DNA of 64,000 nucleotides from Candidatus Poribacteria bacterium (GTDB lineage: Bacteria > Poribacteria > WGA-4E > WGA-3G): positions 2,432,001 through 2,496,000 of the forward strand of contig OZ244048.1 of NCBI GenBank assembly GCA_965215265.1, given 5' to 3'. Positions 19,861-29,576 of this stretch are shown here, in pieces (within the stretch, counting starts at the first letter, position 1; each line of letters starts with the position of its first letter). The notes under the pieces were generated by a model that saw only the letters and a program-made list of their open reading frames with translations, was not told where the DNA came from and ran no database searches. Position numbers and translations under genes: made by a program.

Positions 19861-20172
19861 GCGGTGACTAATTGTGAAATTGTCGGTTGACGGTTGCGGT
19901 GATCGGAGATTCGCAGGAGAAGGTAGTGACCTAAAGGTCAATACCTTACCTACGAAAAGGCTCTCGAGAAAGGTGTTGTCCGGTGGCGAACCGCATCAAG
20001 GCGCAGATCAACTCTTTTAGACTGAACGAAAGATGTTTTGACGGAGGTGAAATTTATGTTTTTAATATGCTACGATCCAGCTCTTGAATGTTGAGAAGTT
20101 TTTCTGATAATTTCAAGTTTTTTTTGTGGGATCCGATAAAAATTGAAAAAAATGTAAGATGAGGTATAAACT

Positions 20173-20201
20173 TTTACAAGTTCATCTTTATACGTTATAA
20201 T
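20173..20201 (+). promoter_or_regulatory. Putative sigma70 promoter
   Basis: TTTACA-N17-TATAAT. Confidence 0.55.
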
Positions 20202-20300
20202 ATAGGTGAAGAGGCAGCTAACGCGAACGAACTGATGCAATGGACGTATCAGCGTGACGCATGTAATCTTAACTCTTCACATGAAATAGGAGAAAGAGAA

Positions 20301-21170
20301 ATGTATAGGTGGCTTTGGTTAATTTGCGTTTTCACGGTGCTTTTTTCTATTGGAATTGTAATATATCTCGAGTTTGACAAAAGGAACTTTGAAAACAGTC
20401 TTCCGAACGTGCAGCACCTTGTTGAACAGAAGCAGCATGAGCAGCGCTTGGATGACACGACTCACAAGGTGACAGTCCCTTCTGAGGACACCGTAAAAAA
20501 AGAGGTATCTGATGATTACGATTGGCAAAGCGATGATGAGGCAGCCGACATCAAAGCAGACAAAGATCCGTGGGCCCAGTTAAGTTCACTAGATGCTGAT
20601 ACGGTGGAAGACGGATCCGAGGAGCAATACCCACCTCAAGGTTGGTGGCGTACACTTGACCCTGAGTTATATGCCGAATATTGTCGTGCACAACTCATCA
20701 AACAGTTTAGTGATGTGCCACAAATTGAGAGTCTCGCAGATGCGATTGCGGCTGGAAGGGCTAAGTTAAGGGCATACATACCGAGGACACTTGATGAATC
20801 AATAGCACAGGCGGAGGCAACGTATGTCCTATGGCCTCATGAGGATACTCTGAGGACCATTGAACATCTACACGAAATTAGGGCATCAGGACAACCTTAT
20901 AATCCAACCTATGGTCCTCGGATCAGACCTCCAGAAAATCCGGTTCAGCATCTGGAGCCGGTTCTTCTCCCGCTAATAAAAGAATATGGCGAGCTAGAAG
21001 GGATTAGAGTCTTCAAAACTCTTGATCCGCACGGGGCAATGGAGTTAAAACACGCTATGATGCAGGATGCCATAACGGTTGGTGAGACAAATCCGGGGTA
21101 TTATGAGGCAAAGATGAAGGCGATAGAAGAAGCCTTCGGTGACATAGATGTCTATGCTCCGGAAGACTAG
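20301..21170 (+). CDS. Membrane-anchored acidic hypothetical protein
   Basis: RBS AGGAG; N-terminal TM; long open frame. Confidence 0.7.
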   Translation: MYRWLWLICVFTVLFSIGIVIYLEFDKRNFENSLPNVQHLVEQKQHEQRLDDTTHKVTVPSEDTVKKEVSDDYDWQSDDEAADIKADKDPWAQLSSLDADTVEDGSEEQYPPQGWWRTLDPELYAEYCRAQLIKQFSDVPQIESLADAIAAGRAKLRAYIPRTLDESIAQAEATYVLWPHEDTLRTIEHLHEIRASGQPYNPTYGPRIRPPENPVQHLEPVLLPLIKEYGELEGIRVFKTLDPHGAMELKHAMMQDAITVGETNPGYYEAKMKAIEEAFGDIDVYAPED

Positions 21171-21285
21171 GCGGCATGCTGTTTAGATGATCTGTGCCGG
21201 AGGGTAGATGCCATTGGCATTTCCTACAGTTAAAGAAGTGCCAATGGCACACCCCGTGCGATGCTTGACTGGAGGAATTTCAGAA

Positions 21286-21780
21286 GTGAAAACCATCCGA
21301 ACAATATCACATGTCGTGAAATGGGTACTCTTGTGCTCAATTCTGTTTATAGCCTTCTGGATCCGAATTCAAGGGGTTTCCAACATCCCAACTGGGCAGT
21401 TTACTGAAACCGATGCCTATCTGTATTATTGGCAGGCAGAGCTAGTTAATGATACTCTGTATAGAGATTTGGCGGTTTCTCACCGTAGAAAAAGAGGAGC
21501 ATCTAGCGGAGTACCTCTTATGGACATCAATATTTGTGCCAACGCTCTTCCTCGCGTCCCCTGCTTATCGTAATGGGCAGGGCTTTTCTACACATTTAAC
21601 GGCCTTGTTACTTATCCCACCTTTAGTCGTTTTGGTGCTGCGGTTTTTTCGGCTTATGCTGCAACTAAACGAGGGGCTCTTAAAATGGCACCGGTCCCAC
21701 GCGTGAAGCATCACGTTTCTGCTGACGCTACTCAGTCTCGCTGCCGGGGTATCTACTTTTTGAGTCAGCAAGACACTTTC
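21286..21780 (+). pseudogene. Fragmented membrane protein, STT3/AglB-like glycosyltransferase remnant
   Basis: RBS GGAGG+GTG; LFIAFWIRIQG...FTETDAYLYYWQA followed by out-of-frame TM fragments. Confidence 0.45.
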
Positions 21781-21799
21781 GACTTAAGTACCGTCCCGT

Positions 21800-21898
21800 T
21801 GTGATGATCTTTAGATTCATAACAGAGAAAAACTCCGGCGAGGTTTGTAAAGGTTTTAATAGAGCAGCAGCCTTTATAGGGCTGAAATATACAAACAC
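21800..21898. repeat. Degenerate family A fragment abutting the rpn promoter
   Basis: CTCCGGCGAGGTTTGTAAAGGTTTTAA..GCAGCAGCCTT..GGGCT aligns with 34970-35060. Confidence 0.65.
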
Positions 21899-21928
21899 TT
21901 GACTTTTTTCAACGCATTGGAGTATAAT
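21899..21928 (+). promoter_or_regulatory. Sigma70 promoter of a probably leaderless rpn transcript
   Basis: TTGACT-N18-TATAAT; ATG 6 nt downstream at 21935 with no SD. Confidence 0.6.
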
Positions 21929-22578
21929 AACTTTATGGCACAGGACTATGATAATATGGCAAAAGAGCTGTTGACGGAGCATGCCCACGACATCTCACGG
22001 TTTATACTCGGGGTGGACAATGTTCAGGTGCTTGAAAACCTTGACACCGAACAACAAGTGGTTATCGGGCAGCGTGTCGATAGCACCAAGCGTATCCGCG
22101 TTGATAACGAGGAGGCTATCTTACACATAGAGTTGCAGGTGCGAGATAGCACACCCAAACCGATGTGGGCGCGAACCGCAGCGTATCACGGGTATCTGCT
22201 TGGGGAATACCAGCTGCCGTGCCGGTGTATTCGAATGTGCTGTACTTTCATCCGTCAGCGGGTAGAAGGGATGGGGGTGTGTATGAATATAGTCTGTGTG
22301 GCTACGCCTATCGGTTGCGGTATAAGGTTATCCGTCTGATAGAAGTAGAAGGTGAATCTATTTTAGCGTTGGCTGCGCCTGGGCTGTTGCCGTTCACGCC
22401 GTTGATGAAACCGCCCGGGGGTTTGGAGTCAGCGGCTTGGCTTCAAAGATGTATAACCGCGACGACAGGTACGGATTTGGATGAGGGGGCGCAAGGGGAT
22501 TTACTGTGTGCGCTGTCGGTTTTCGGGGGTATTGTGCATGACGCGTCGCTTTTCAAACGTCTGATACCGGAGGGACTG

Positions 22579-22911
22579 ATGCGAGAATCTAAATATTTCC
22601 AACTGTTACGCGATGAATTTATCGCACAAGGCATAGAACAAGGTATAGAACAAGGTATGGAACGAGGTATAGAACAAGGTATGGAACGAGGCATAGAACA
22701 AGGTATGGAACGAGGCATAGAACAAGGACGCGCTAAAGGACACATCGAGGCTATCTTAGATATCCTTGAGACGCGTTTCCATCCTGGGGCGGTGCACCTC
22801 TTAAAACCGTCTCTGGAAGCCGTCCAAGACATCGAGCGCCTCAAGCACTTATGCCAAGCCGCCGCCACCGCTGAGAACCTTGAGACGTTCATGCAGCACT
22901 TCACCGAATAA
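22579..22911 (+). CDS. Putative internally initiated small Rpn (RpnS-like), 110 aa
   Basis: GGAGGG 4 nt before an in-frame ATG (MRESKYFQLL...). Confidence 0.55.
   Translation: MRESKYFQLLRDEFIAQGIEQGIEQGMERGIEQGMERGIEQGMERGIEQGRAKGHIEAILDILETRFHPGAVHLLKPSLEAVQDIERLKHLCQAAATAENLETFMQHFTE
22627..22728 (+). repeat. 12-bp tandem coding repeat (QGIE/QGME/RGIE, 8 units)
   Basis: C(A/G)AGG(C/T)AT(A/G)GAA units. Confidence 0.95.
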
Positions 22912-22980
22912 AGTGGTGCCGCTGAGACAACCCAACGCCTACTCGCACACGGCGGAATCGCCCCTCTGTTTACACACGGC

Positions 22981-23135
22981 ATGCTCGTTCGGACACTGTC
23001 GCTCGGGCATCAGCAGGCGGGGTTTTACCGGGCTCCGGCCCGTGCCGCGTATTGGGATGGCCGGAACGCCGTCGGGGAGCCGGTGGCGAGCGGTGTCTAT
23101 TTCTACACGCTCACCGCGAGGGATTTCACCGCAGA
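22981..23135 (+). pseudogene. Orphan FlgD/T9SS-CTD-like C-terminal domain fragment
   Basis: LVRTLSLGHQQAG...YWDGRNAVGEPVASGVYFYTLTA matches 54695-54850. Confidence 0.8.
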
Positions 23136-23430
23136 CACCGCCCGCTGCTACCCCAACAACAGACAAAAAGTCACTGATGTGGGATTTACCGGTTTCGGGT
23201 TTCTCTAACCCACTGCTTTTCTCACACTTTTCCAAACAAAAACCTTTCACCACAAACCTTCAAAAAAAAAGGGGGTAAGTGAGTTAGCACTTTTACGTTG
23301 TTTTTTTTTGCCAATACTTGTATAATATAATAGAGGATAGTTCGTAATGTTGGTATGCTCTAGAATTTTTGATTGAGGCATGCCAAGCATTCGTAGGAAA
23401 AATTAGATTTTTTTCGACGCGGAATCTGCT

Positions 23431-24108
23431 GTGAAGGAGGCGAAAGCTATGTCCTTGAGATGTTATAACCGAAAAATGAAATGTCCTCCATACAAGCATC
23501 AAGGGACTTTTATTGCTACTGACACAAGCGTTAGACGATTATTCCCTGATTTACATCGATGTGCGAAATGTATCGCTTATGCTAATCCTCAACGTCTAGA
23601 TTTACAAGCTCAGTTTTTCTCAGCCGGTTGCGAGGTGCTTGTCCGAAACGGGCCCTTGTATGATCCGGGGCACCGAAGCAGCGCGAACTTTGGCTCCTTC
23701 ATCCGTCCAAAAATCTGTGGGACTTTGATGAATGAAAAACGCCGCGAGCTTGAGTACAGCAGGCGTGCGTCAACCGAGCTCTATCCTCAGTGGAATACGT
23801 GCGAATCAGTAGATGCTGAAATCAACCACGACATCGGGCTGCTGTGGGAAATACCGGATCCTGTCGCTGAATTTGAGGATGAGGTCATCTGGAATATCTT
23901 TGTTCAAGATTTTGAGAAGGCGCTGCCGATACTTGTAAAAAAACTGACGCCCATGGAACAGAGGGTTTTTGCGCTGATTCGCGAGAATCGAGTAAATAGT
24001 GAAATCGCGGCTATCTTGGAACGGACACCGGGACGCATCAGTCAGCTAACGCGACAAGTGGCAGTGAAATTAAGGAAAGCGTGTAAAGAGCTCGGTTTAG
24101 TGGAATAA
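23431..24108 (+). CDS. Divergent sigma70-family factor (region 2 plus region 4 HTH); start uncertain
   Basis: YDP...ANFGSFIRPKICGTL and LTPMEQRVF...EIAAILERTPGRISQL. Confidence 0.65.
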   Translation: MKEAKAMSLRCYNRKMKCPPYKHQGTFIATDTSVRRLFPDLHRCAKCIAYANPQRLDLQAQFFSAGCEVLVRNGPLYDPGHRSSANFGSFIRPKICGTLMNEKRRELEYSRRASTELYPQWNTCESVDAEINHDIGLLWEIPDPVAEFEDEVIWNIFVQDFEKALPILVKKLTPMEQRVFALIRENRVNSEIAAILERTPGRISQLTRQVAVKLRKACKELGLVE

Positions 24109-24231
24109 TCTTCGCGTTCTACTTGTAAACCGATATAGGGCGATGTTTGTAATCACTGATATTACACTGCGCTCGTATTGCGAAGTTTGGAGTTTTATAG
24201 ATTCTTGAAAATGCGAACAGTCCAACCGTAA

Positions 24232-24279
24232 CGGCGATTGCACATACCGGCAGCAATACCGGAATGCAATCGCCTTTTT
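24232..24279 (+). terminator. Terminator-like hairpin
   Basis: GGCGATTGCA...TGCAATCGCC-TTTTTT. Confidence 0.6.
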
Positions 24280-24517
24280 TATTGTACTGCAGTGCGTTTT
24301 ATACAAAAGCATCGGAAATCTCTGAGGGAATTTACACCGCATCGAGGCTATTGTAACTTCTTCTTCAGTTCTGCTTGCAGGTGGATATAGGCGGTAGGAG
24401 CGTCTCTTAGATTTTAGTATTTGCCCGGTTGCTACTCAAAGGAAAAATGCATTGACTTTGAAAGAAAAGTGTGTTAAACTTTATGCAACCTAATTCATTG
24501 ACTTAAAGGAAAGCATC

Positions 24518-25060
24518 ATGAAACATCAGAGATGTATCGCATTCGTGTGTTGCTGTGCCTTTACTCTGCTGATAACGGGTGGAGATGCAGGGGCGGCACG
24601 CAGTTCGCGTACGTTAACGCTTGCACTCTTTGTCTCCGGTATGGGGCTCCAATTCAGTGGGAGTGTGCTCAAGGCTTCTGCTCAAAGTCGTTATGACGAT
24701 TACCTCAATGCTGCAATTCAAGCTGACATCCAAGCGCGTAAGCGTGCGTACCTCAGCAGACAAAATACTAGTGTCATTATGTCACGCGTGGGTTACGGCT
24801 GTATCGGGCTGGCTGTACTTTTCTCAATCTATAACCAATTGAATACGCCTAAGGCACCGAGTCCGCCGGACGAGGCACTTCAGAATCGAGTACAGGGGTT
24901 ACACCAAGGTTTTCAAACTCACGGTGGCCGGTACAATGGGCTTGGTGCGAATCGTCTTTATGGAAACACGTCTGGCTTGCTACAATTCTTCAACAGAATA
25001 AGTCCGTATTATGATTGGCAAACCCGAGGGGCGAGTTTAAGGTTTCTACACCGTTTCTAA
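24518..25060 (+). CDS. Exported/membrane hypothetical protein
   Basis: Signal-like N-terminus, two hydrophobic segments, C-terminal F; TTGACT-N17-TAAACT upstream at 24452. Confidence 0.65.
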   Translation: MKHQRCIAFVCCCAFTLLITGGDAGAARSSRTLTLALFVSGMGLQFSGSVLKASAQSRYDDYLNAAIQADIQARKRAYLSRQNTSVIMSRVGYGCIGLAVLFSIYNQLNTPKAPSPPDEALQNRVQGLHQGFQTHGGRYNGLGANRLYGNTSGLLQFFNRISPYYDWQTRGASLRFLHRF

Positions 25061-25073
25061 AGGAGAACATGCA

Positions 25074-26246
25074 GTGCGTCTATTCCAACTTACATTTTTG
25101 AAATTCTACCGGGTTCCACAGGCTATTCGCCTGCGGCCGTTGCGAAGTTCAGAGGCTTATGTCCAAAAAGTCTTTCGGAAAATAACCGTACCTGCATTCC
25201 TCATCTGCGTAACACTCATTGCTTGTACAAATAGCGATGATTTCGCGAATCCACTGGATGCTGAGAATCTACGGACCGCGGGTGCGCCGGACGGGCTGGT
25301 TCTTTATGCTGGGGACGAGCAGGTCCGTGTTACCTGGAACGCTACAGGACAGGAAGGTATCGCAGCTTACCGTATCTACCGTCGTTCAACCACCGATGCT
25401 GAATTTAGCGAGGTAGGGTCTGTTGAAGCGCCGGCGAACGAGTTTATTGACACGAAAGAACTAGAAAACGACCGGCGTGATGAATTGGGCAGAATTCTTT
25501 CGTATGAATATCGCATCTCATATATAGATATAGACGGTGTTGAAACGCCAGATCCGAACGACCCGCCCGGTGAGACCGAAGAACCGCGTAGGTTTTGGCA
25601 AACGGCTTTCGCCACGCCGAGTATCCCCCCGCCAGCCCCGGTTGTCACTGTTGGGGAACCAACAGACCTCACGGTTAAACTCTTTTGGGAAGATTACGTG
25701 CTTCCGCAGGATTTTTCGATTTTCCGCGTCTATGCCGCACTTGATACTGAGAGTGAAGCGCTCTTAAAATTTAGACTGATTGCTGAGCCCAAGCGAGATA
25801 AACTGTACTATTTTGACTTTGATTTTGAGGAAGATGGCACGCGAAAAGTGTATAGGATTGCCGCTGCTGATGAATTTGGTGCGGAAGGCGTTACGACACT
25901 GAGCGTCACGGTGCCGAATTTGCCACCGGCACCGCCTAAAGACGTTCGGGTGCGTTATCTACCCAGGTCTCTGTTCAACACAAAGTACGATGCGGTCATC
26001 TCTTGGACACCAAATCGCGAGGCAGATCTTGCTGGGTATCAGCTCTATACCGAAGATGCAGCAGGCGAGCTTCTGCCACGTCCGGCTGTTGGACGGAAAG
26101 AACGCAGCTTCACCATCCCCGGCGAGGACCCAATTCTCGTAGGTCAGGCTCTGAAATTTAGGCGTTACTATATAACAGCTTACGACGACACCCCTGGGCC
26201 GGATGGTCGGCGAGATGAGAGTGCGTTAGTTGAGGCGCGTCCGTAA
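25074..26246 (+). CDS. Lipoprotein with fibronectin type III-like repeats
   Basis: Lipobox LIAC; VRVTW...IAAYRIYR; ISWTPNREADLAGYQLY. Confidence 0.7.
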   Translation: MRLFQLTFLKFYRVPQAIRLRPLRSSEAYVQKVFRKITVPAFLICVTLIACTNSDDFANPLDAENLRTAGAPDGLVLYAGDEQVRVTWNATGQEGIAAYRIYRRSTTDAEFSEVGSVEAPANEFIDTKELENDRRDELGRILSYEYRISYIDIDGVETPDPNDPPGETEEPRRFWQTAFATPSIPPPAPVVTVGEPTDLTVKLFWEDYVLPQDFSIFRVYAALDTESEALLKFRLIAEPKRDKLYYFDFDFEEDGTRKVYRIAAADEFGAEGVTTLSVTVPNLPPAPPKDVRVRYLPRSLFNTKYDAVISWTPNREADLAGYQLYTEDAAGELLPRPAVGRKERSFTIPGEDPILVGQALKFRRYYITAYDDTPGPDGRRDESALVEARP

Positions 26247-26403
26247 TCTTTCGTCCGCGTTCTCAACCTGATGCATCTTGGCAGGTTCGCGGTTCCGGAA
26301 TTTTTATTAACAGAGTGGTGCCGATGCAATCAATAGGCGGCCATTCACGCTAGGAAAACCAGGGTAGAGAATCAACCCCCAATTTAGAAATAAGGATAAA
26401 CCT

Positions 26404-27402
26404 ATGTGCTATAAACCCATCGTTCCGAAGAAGAGAAGAGAAGTTTCCTCAAAAAGCGCCTCCGGTTCCATGATGTGCATTCTGCTTGTAATTGGCTTGG
26501 CGATGCCGTCGTGGGCACAATTGCCCCCCGTGCCGTACCTCAGCACTATCCAGACAGCAGAGCCGATGGGCAAAGGCGGTTCTACCACGACCTTTGGCCT
26601 TTTTCAGTATTCCAAAGTAGACCTGCTTCCTGACCACAGCCAGAAGGTTGACATCGGGGGATTTGAAGAGTCGCATCGCGTGACACTTGAAATTGAGACG
26701 TTTTTTATTCCTGTCCGGTTCACTTACGGTATGAGCGATGCGCTGGACCTCGTGTTAGGCGGCACCTTTTCAACAGGGGGTGTGCGAAAAGTCATTCACG
26801 ATTTCTATAATGTTCCTCGCGAAGTTGAAAGCGAGAATGGGTTCTCTGCTCAGCGGGTTTATGACCAGCCTTTATTTGAGGGGCTCATAGGGCTGAAGTA
26901 TAATATCAAGCCGGATTGGAACGATGATTTTCCGAGTATCTCGGTTGGTGGTGATGCACAGTTCGGGTTTACCTCCGATGACAGACTTAACAGCGATAAT
27001 GAATTCCTCGACCACAGTCCGGCGGATGGTTTCCCGTTTGTAGGGGTTAATACATATCTGGTCGGTACGCAAAGATTTGGTAATCTGTTCAAAGTTCATG
27101 CGGGGGTGGGTGTTTTTTTAACGTCAAAGGCCCTGAAAACGACAGACTTTTTTACCCTGAATTGGCAGGTAGGTGGTGAAATTGCGGTAGCGGATAACAT
27201 GCGTCTGATAGCCGATTTTTCGCGCGAGCTGCCTTACGCGGGGGTGAACGTATCGAATCTGCTGGGTCTTGGCTTCCGCTATGAGATTAGCAACACCTTA
27301 GCATTTCAGGTTGGGTACGTGAATCGACCGGGCTTCCAATTTAACCTCACCTTCGGTGGAGAGGCGGTGCAGGCACTTGAAGGCGAGAATTTGCTGTTTT
27401 AG
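26404..27402 (+). CDS. Putative outer-membrane beta-barrel protein
   Basis: Signal peptide (PSWAQ), alternating amphipathic strands, terminal F. Confidence 0.6.
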   Translation: MCYKPIVPKKRREVSSKSASGSMMCILLVIGLAMPSWAQLPPVPYLSTIQTAEPMGKGGSTTTFGLFQYSKVDLLPDHSQKVDIGGFEESHRVTLEIETFFIPVRFTYGMSDALDLVLGGTFSTGGVRKVIHDFYNVPREVESENGFSAQRVYDQPLFEGLIGLKYNIKPDWNDDFPSISVGGDAQFGFTSDDRLNSDNEFLDHSPADGFPFVGVNTYLVGTQRFGNLFKVHAGVGVFLTSKALKTTDFFTLNWQVGGEIAVADNMRLIADFSRELPYAGVNVSNLLGLGFRYEISNTLAFQVGYVNRPGFQFNLTFGGEAVQALEGENLLF

Positions 27403-27507
27403 GATTTTGTTGTTTGTTACTGGTTCTGGTTCTGGTGAGGATTATCGTGCAAAAACGCGTCTCTATTTTAGTGATGGCGTGTGAGAATCCCCGTGGAGGC
27501 TATACAG

Positions 27508-27957
27508 ATGAGGGCAGTCGTTCAGCGCGTCAAATCTGCGAGCGTTAGGGTAGGCAGCGAGCTTGTCTCTGAAATCGGAACTGGGCTGCTTATCTTCCTT
27601 GGTGTCGCTCATGATGATACCCAAGCAGAAATAGAGTATACTGCGAACAAAATTGCGAACTTGCGTATCTTTGAGGATGTCGAAGGACGAATGAACCGTT
27701 CGCTTTTGGAAATAGGTGGCGAGGCGCTTGTGGTTTCACAATTTACACTCTACGGTGACTGCCGGAAGGGGCGTCGTCCCAGTTTTATCAACGCTGCACG
27801 CCCGGAGCAAGCGAAGGAAATTTATGAACAGTTCATCGGTGTGCTTCAAGAACAGCAGATTCGGACGCAGGGCGGCACCTTTCAGGCGATGATGGATGTG
27901 CAACTGATTAATGACGGGCCCGTTACGATACTGTTGGATAGCAGTAAGGGATTTTAG
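27508..27957 (+). CDS. dtd: D-aminoacyl-tRNA deacylase
   Basis: MRAVVQRV, SQFTL, NDGPVT. Confidence 0.95.
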   Translation: MRAVVQRVKSASVRVGSELVSEIGTGLLIFLGVAHDDTQAEIEYTANKIANLRIFEDVEGRMNRSLLEIGGEALVVSQFTLYGDCRKGRRPSFINAARPEQAKEIYEQFIGVLQEQQIRTQGGTFQAMMDVQLINDGPVTILLDSSKGF

Positions 27958-27984
27958 CTCTCGGACAAATCGGAAGGAAAAACC

Positions 27985-28794
27985 ATGAAACCGTCTGAGT
28001 GGATTGATACTATCAAATTGGGAGACTGCATCGAACTGATGGCGAAAATACCAGATGGATGTGTAGACCTGGTGATCACGGACCCGCCGTTTGCTATTGA
28101 CTTTAAAGCGACTCGCCACAATTACAATAGAAAAGGGAGCCGGGTGCTTCAAGGCTACAACGAGATTAAAGGTAGCGATTATCTCACCTTCACGCTGGAG
28201 TGGCTTTCAGAGGCGGCGCGTGTCCTCAAAGATTCGGGGAGTCTATATATTTTCTCCGGGTGGAATTACCTCAAAGAGCTTTTGATAGCGATTGATGAGT
28301 GCGATCTGATTACCGTTAACCATCTGATTTGGAAGTACCAATTTGGTGTTGTCACGAGGCGCAAATATGTCACTTCTCATTACCATTGCCTTTTTCTCTG
28401 CAAAAATGACCGGAAGCGGAAGTTTTATCCGTATAGCCGCTTTGCTCAGGGTATCAAAACGGAAACAGGCGGGTCTGCACACTATAGAGATAAAGAAGAT
28501 GTGTGGGAAATCAAACGCGAGTATTGGAACGGTGCCGTGAAAACGCCCACAAAATTGCCTGCTGAGTTAATTGAGAAAATCCTTGACTATTCAAGTGAAA
28601 AGGGCGATGTTGTTTTAGATCCGTTCTTAGGTTCAGGGCAGGTTGCTGTTGTCAGTAAAATGAAGGGCCGGCATTATATCGGTTTTGAGATAGTCCCAGC
28701 TTACTATGAGTTCGCACTGAATAGGCTTAAGTCAGGAAAATATCTAATTCAGGACTCAAAAGAAGATGAAGCTGTGAGAGATTTGTTCAGTTAA
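27985..28794 (+). CDS. N4/N6 DNA methyltransferase (beta class)
   Basis: TDPPF precedes DPFLGSG. Confidence 0.9.
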   Translation: MKPSEWIDTIKLGDCIELMAKIPDGCVDLVITDPPFAIDFKATRHNYNRKGSRVLQGYNEIKGSDYLTFTLEWLSEAARVLKDSGSLYIFSGWNYLKELLIAIDECDLITVNHLIWKYQFGVVTRRKYVTSHYHCLFLCKNDRKRKFYPYSRFAQGIKTETGGSAHYRDKEDVWEIKREYWNGAVKTPTKLPAELIEKILDYSSEKGDVVLDPFLGSGQVAVVSKMKGRHYIGFEIVPAYYEFALNRLKSGKYLIQDSKEDEAVRDLFS

Positions 28795-28827
28795 GCGCAT
28801 AATTAACAGGGGATATCAATTCTCATC

Positions 28828-29493
28828 ATGTTAGCGAAAAAGATAATTGACACAGTTGAAAGATTGCAGCTCGCTTTGCAAAACATGCCAGAGGTTTGGG
28901 ATGGCAAAAACGCTATTCTAGAGATGAGAAATGCTGCATCCAGACAGTGGCGGCAGATGGAATGGATGGGGTTCTACTTTGAGTTTTTATGTGAAAAATA
29001 TTTCGACAGCATTCTTGAGATGCCCGGGAAGAGATATGGCAACACAGAGTTTGACGCTTTTCGGGAAATTTCATGGGACTTTAAGGCACACGCAGCCAAT
29101 TCAACAAGTCATCATGTTATTGCAAACGACTCAGAAGCGATAAGCAACACACTGAAAGATTATGGGCACTACGGACTTATTCTCGCGGTAGGGGAAGTGG
29201 AGTATAACGATGAAGAAGGAACTTTCAAAAAATGGCATGATGAATTGAAAGAAGGCATAAGCAAATATGAAATAAACCGGATAAGCAGAGGGGCAATGTC
29301 GAGGAGACGTAAGACAGCATTTGTTTTATCAGAAATTCATTTTATCTGTTTTAATAATTCCACTTTGAGTGAGTGTAGCGGTTCATTCCAGAAAGGCTTT
29401 AGAAATGCAGATGGCAGTCCGAGGCGTGCGAAAGTCATGATTAACATCCGGAAAATTCCTGATGCAGCGCTGGTTGCCACTGAAAATTTCTAG
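28828..29493 (+). CDS. Putative type II restriction endonuclease
   Basis: Directly follows the MTase; AT-rich; EW.GFYFE and FD...WDFK (PD-D/ExK-like). Confidence 0.6.
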   Translation: MLAKKIIDTVERLQLALQNMPEVWDGKNAILEMRNAASRQWRQMEWMGFYFEFLCEKYFDSILEMPGKRYGNTEFDAFREISWDFKAHAANSTSHHVIANDSEAISNTLKDYGHYGLILAVGEVEYNDEEGTFKKWHDELKEGISKYEINRISRGAMSRRRKTAFVLSEIHFICFNNSTLSECSGSFQKGFRNADGSPRRAKVMINIRKIPDAALVATENF

Positions 29494-29576
29494 CATTGAA
29501 TCCCTTTTTCTTTTTTTGAAGGCTTCAATTTTAAATACAGAGAATTTCTACGTACAGATACATGATGAGGTTATCT

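Larger units (their letters stand above)
21935..22911 (+). pseudogene. Rpn/Transposase_31-like PD-(D/E)XK nuclease, frameshifted by a 5-bp duplication
   Basis: YDNMAKELL, RVDS, ILHIELQ...MWAR, GLLPFTPLM; TGCCG duplicated at 22215-22224. Confidence 0.8.

Noticed and set aside
22627-22728. Possible CRISPR or iteron array
   Set aside because: 12-bp in-frame repeats typical of Rpn tails
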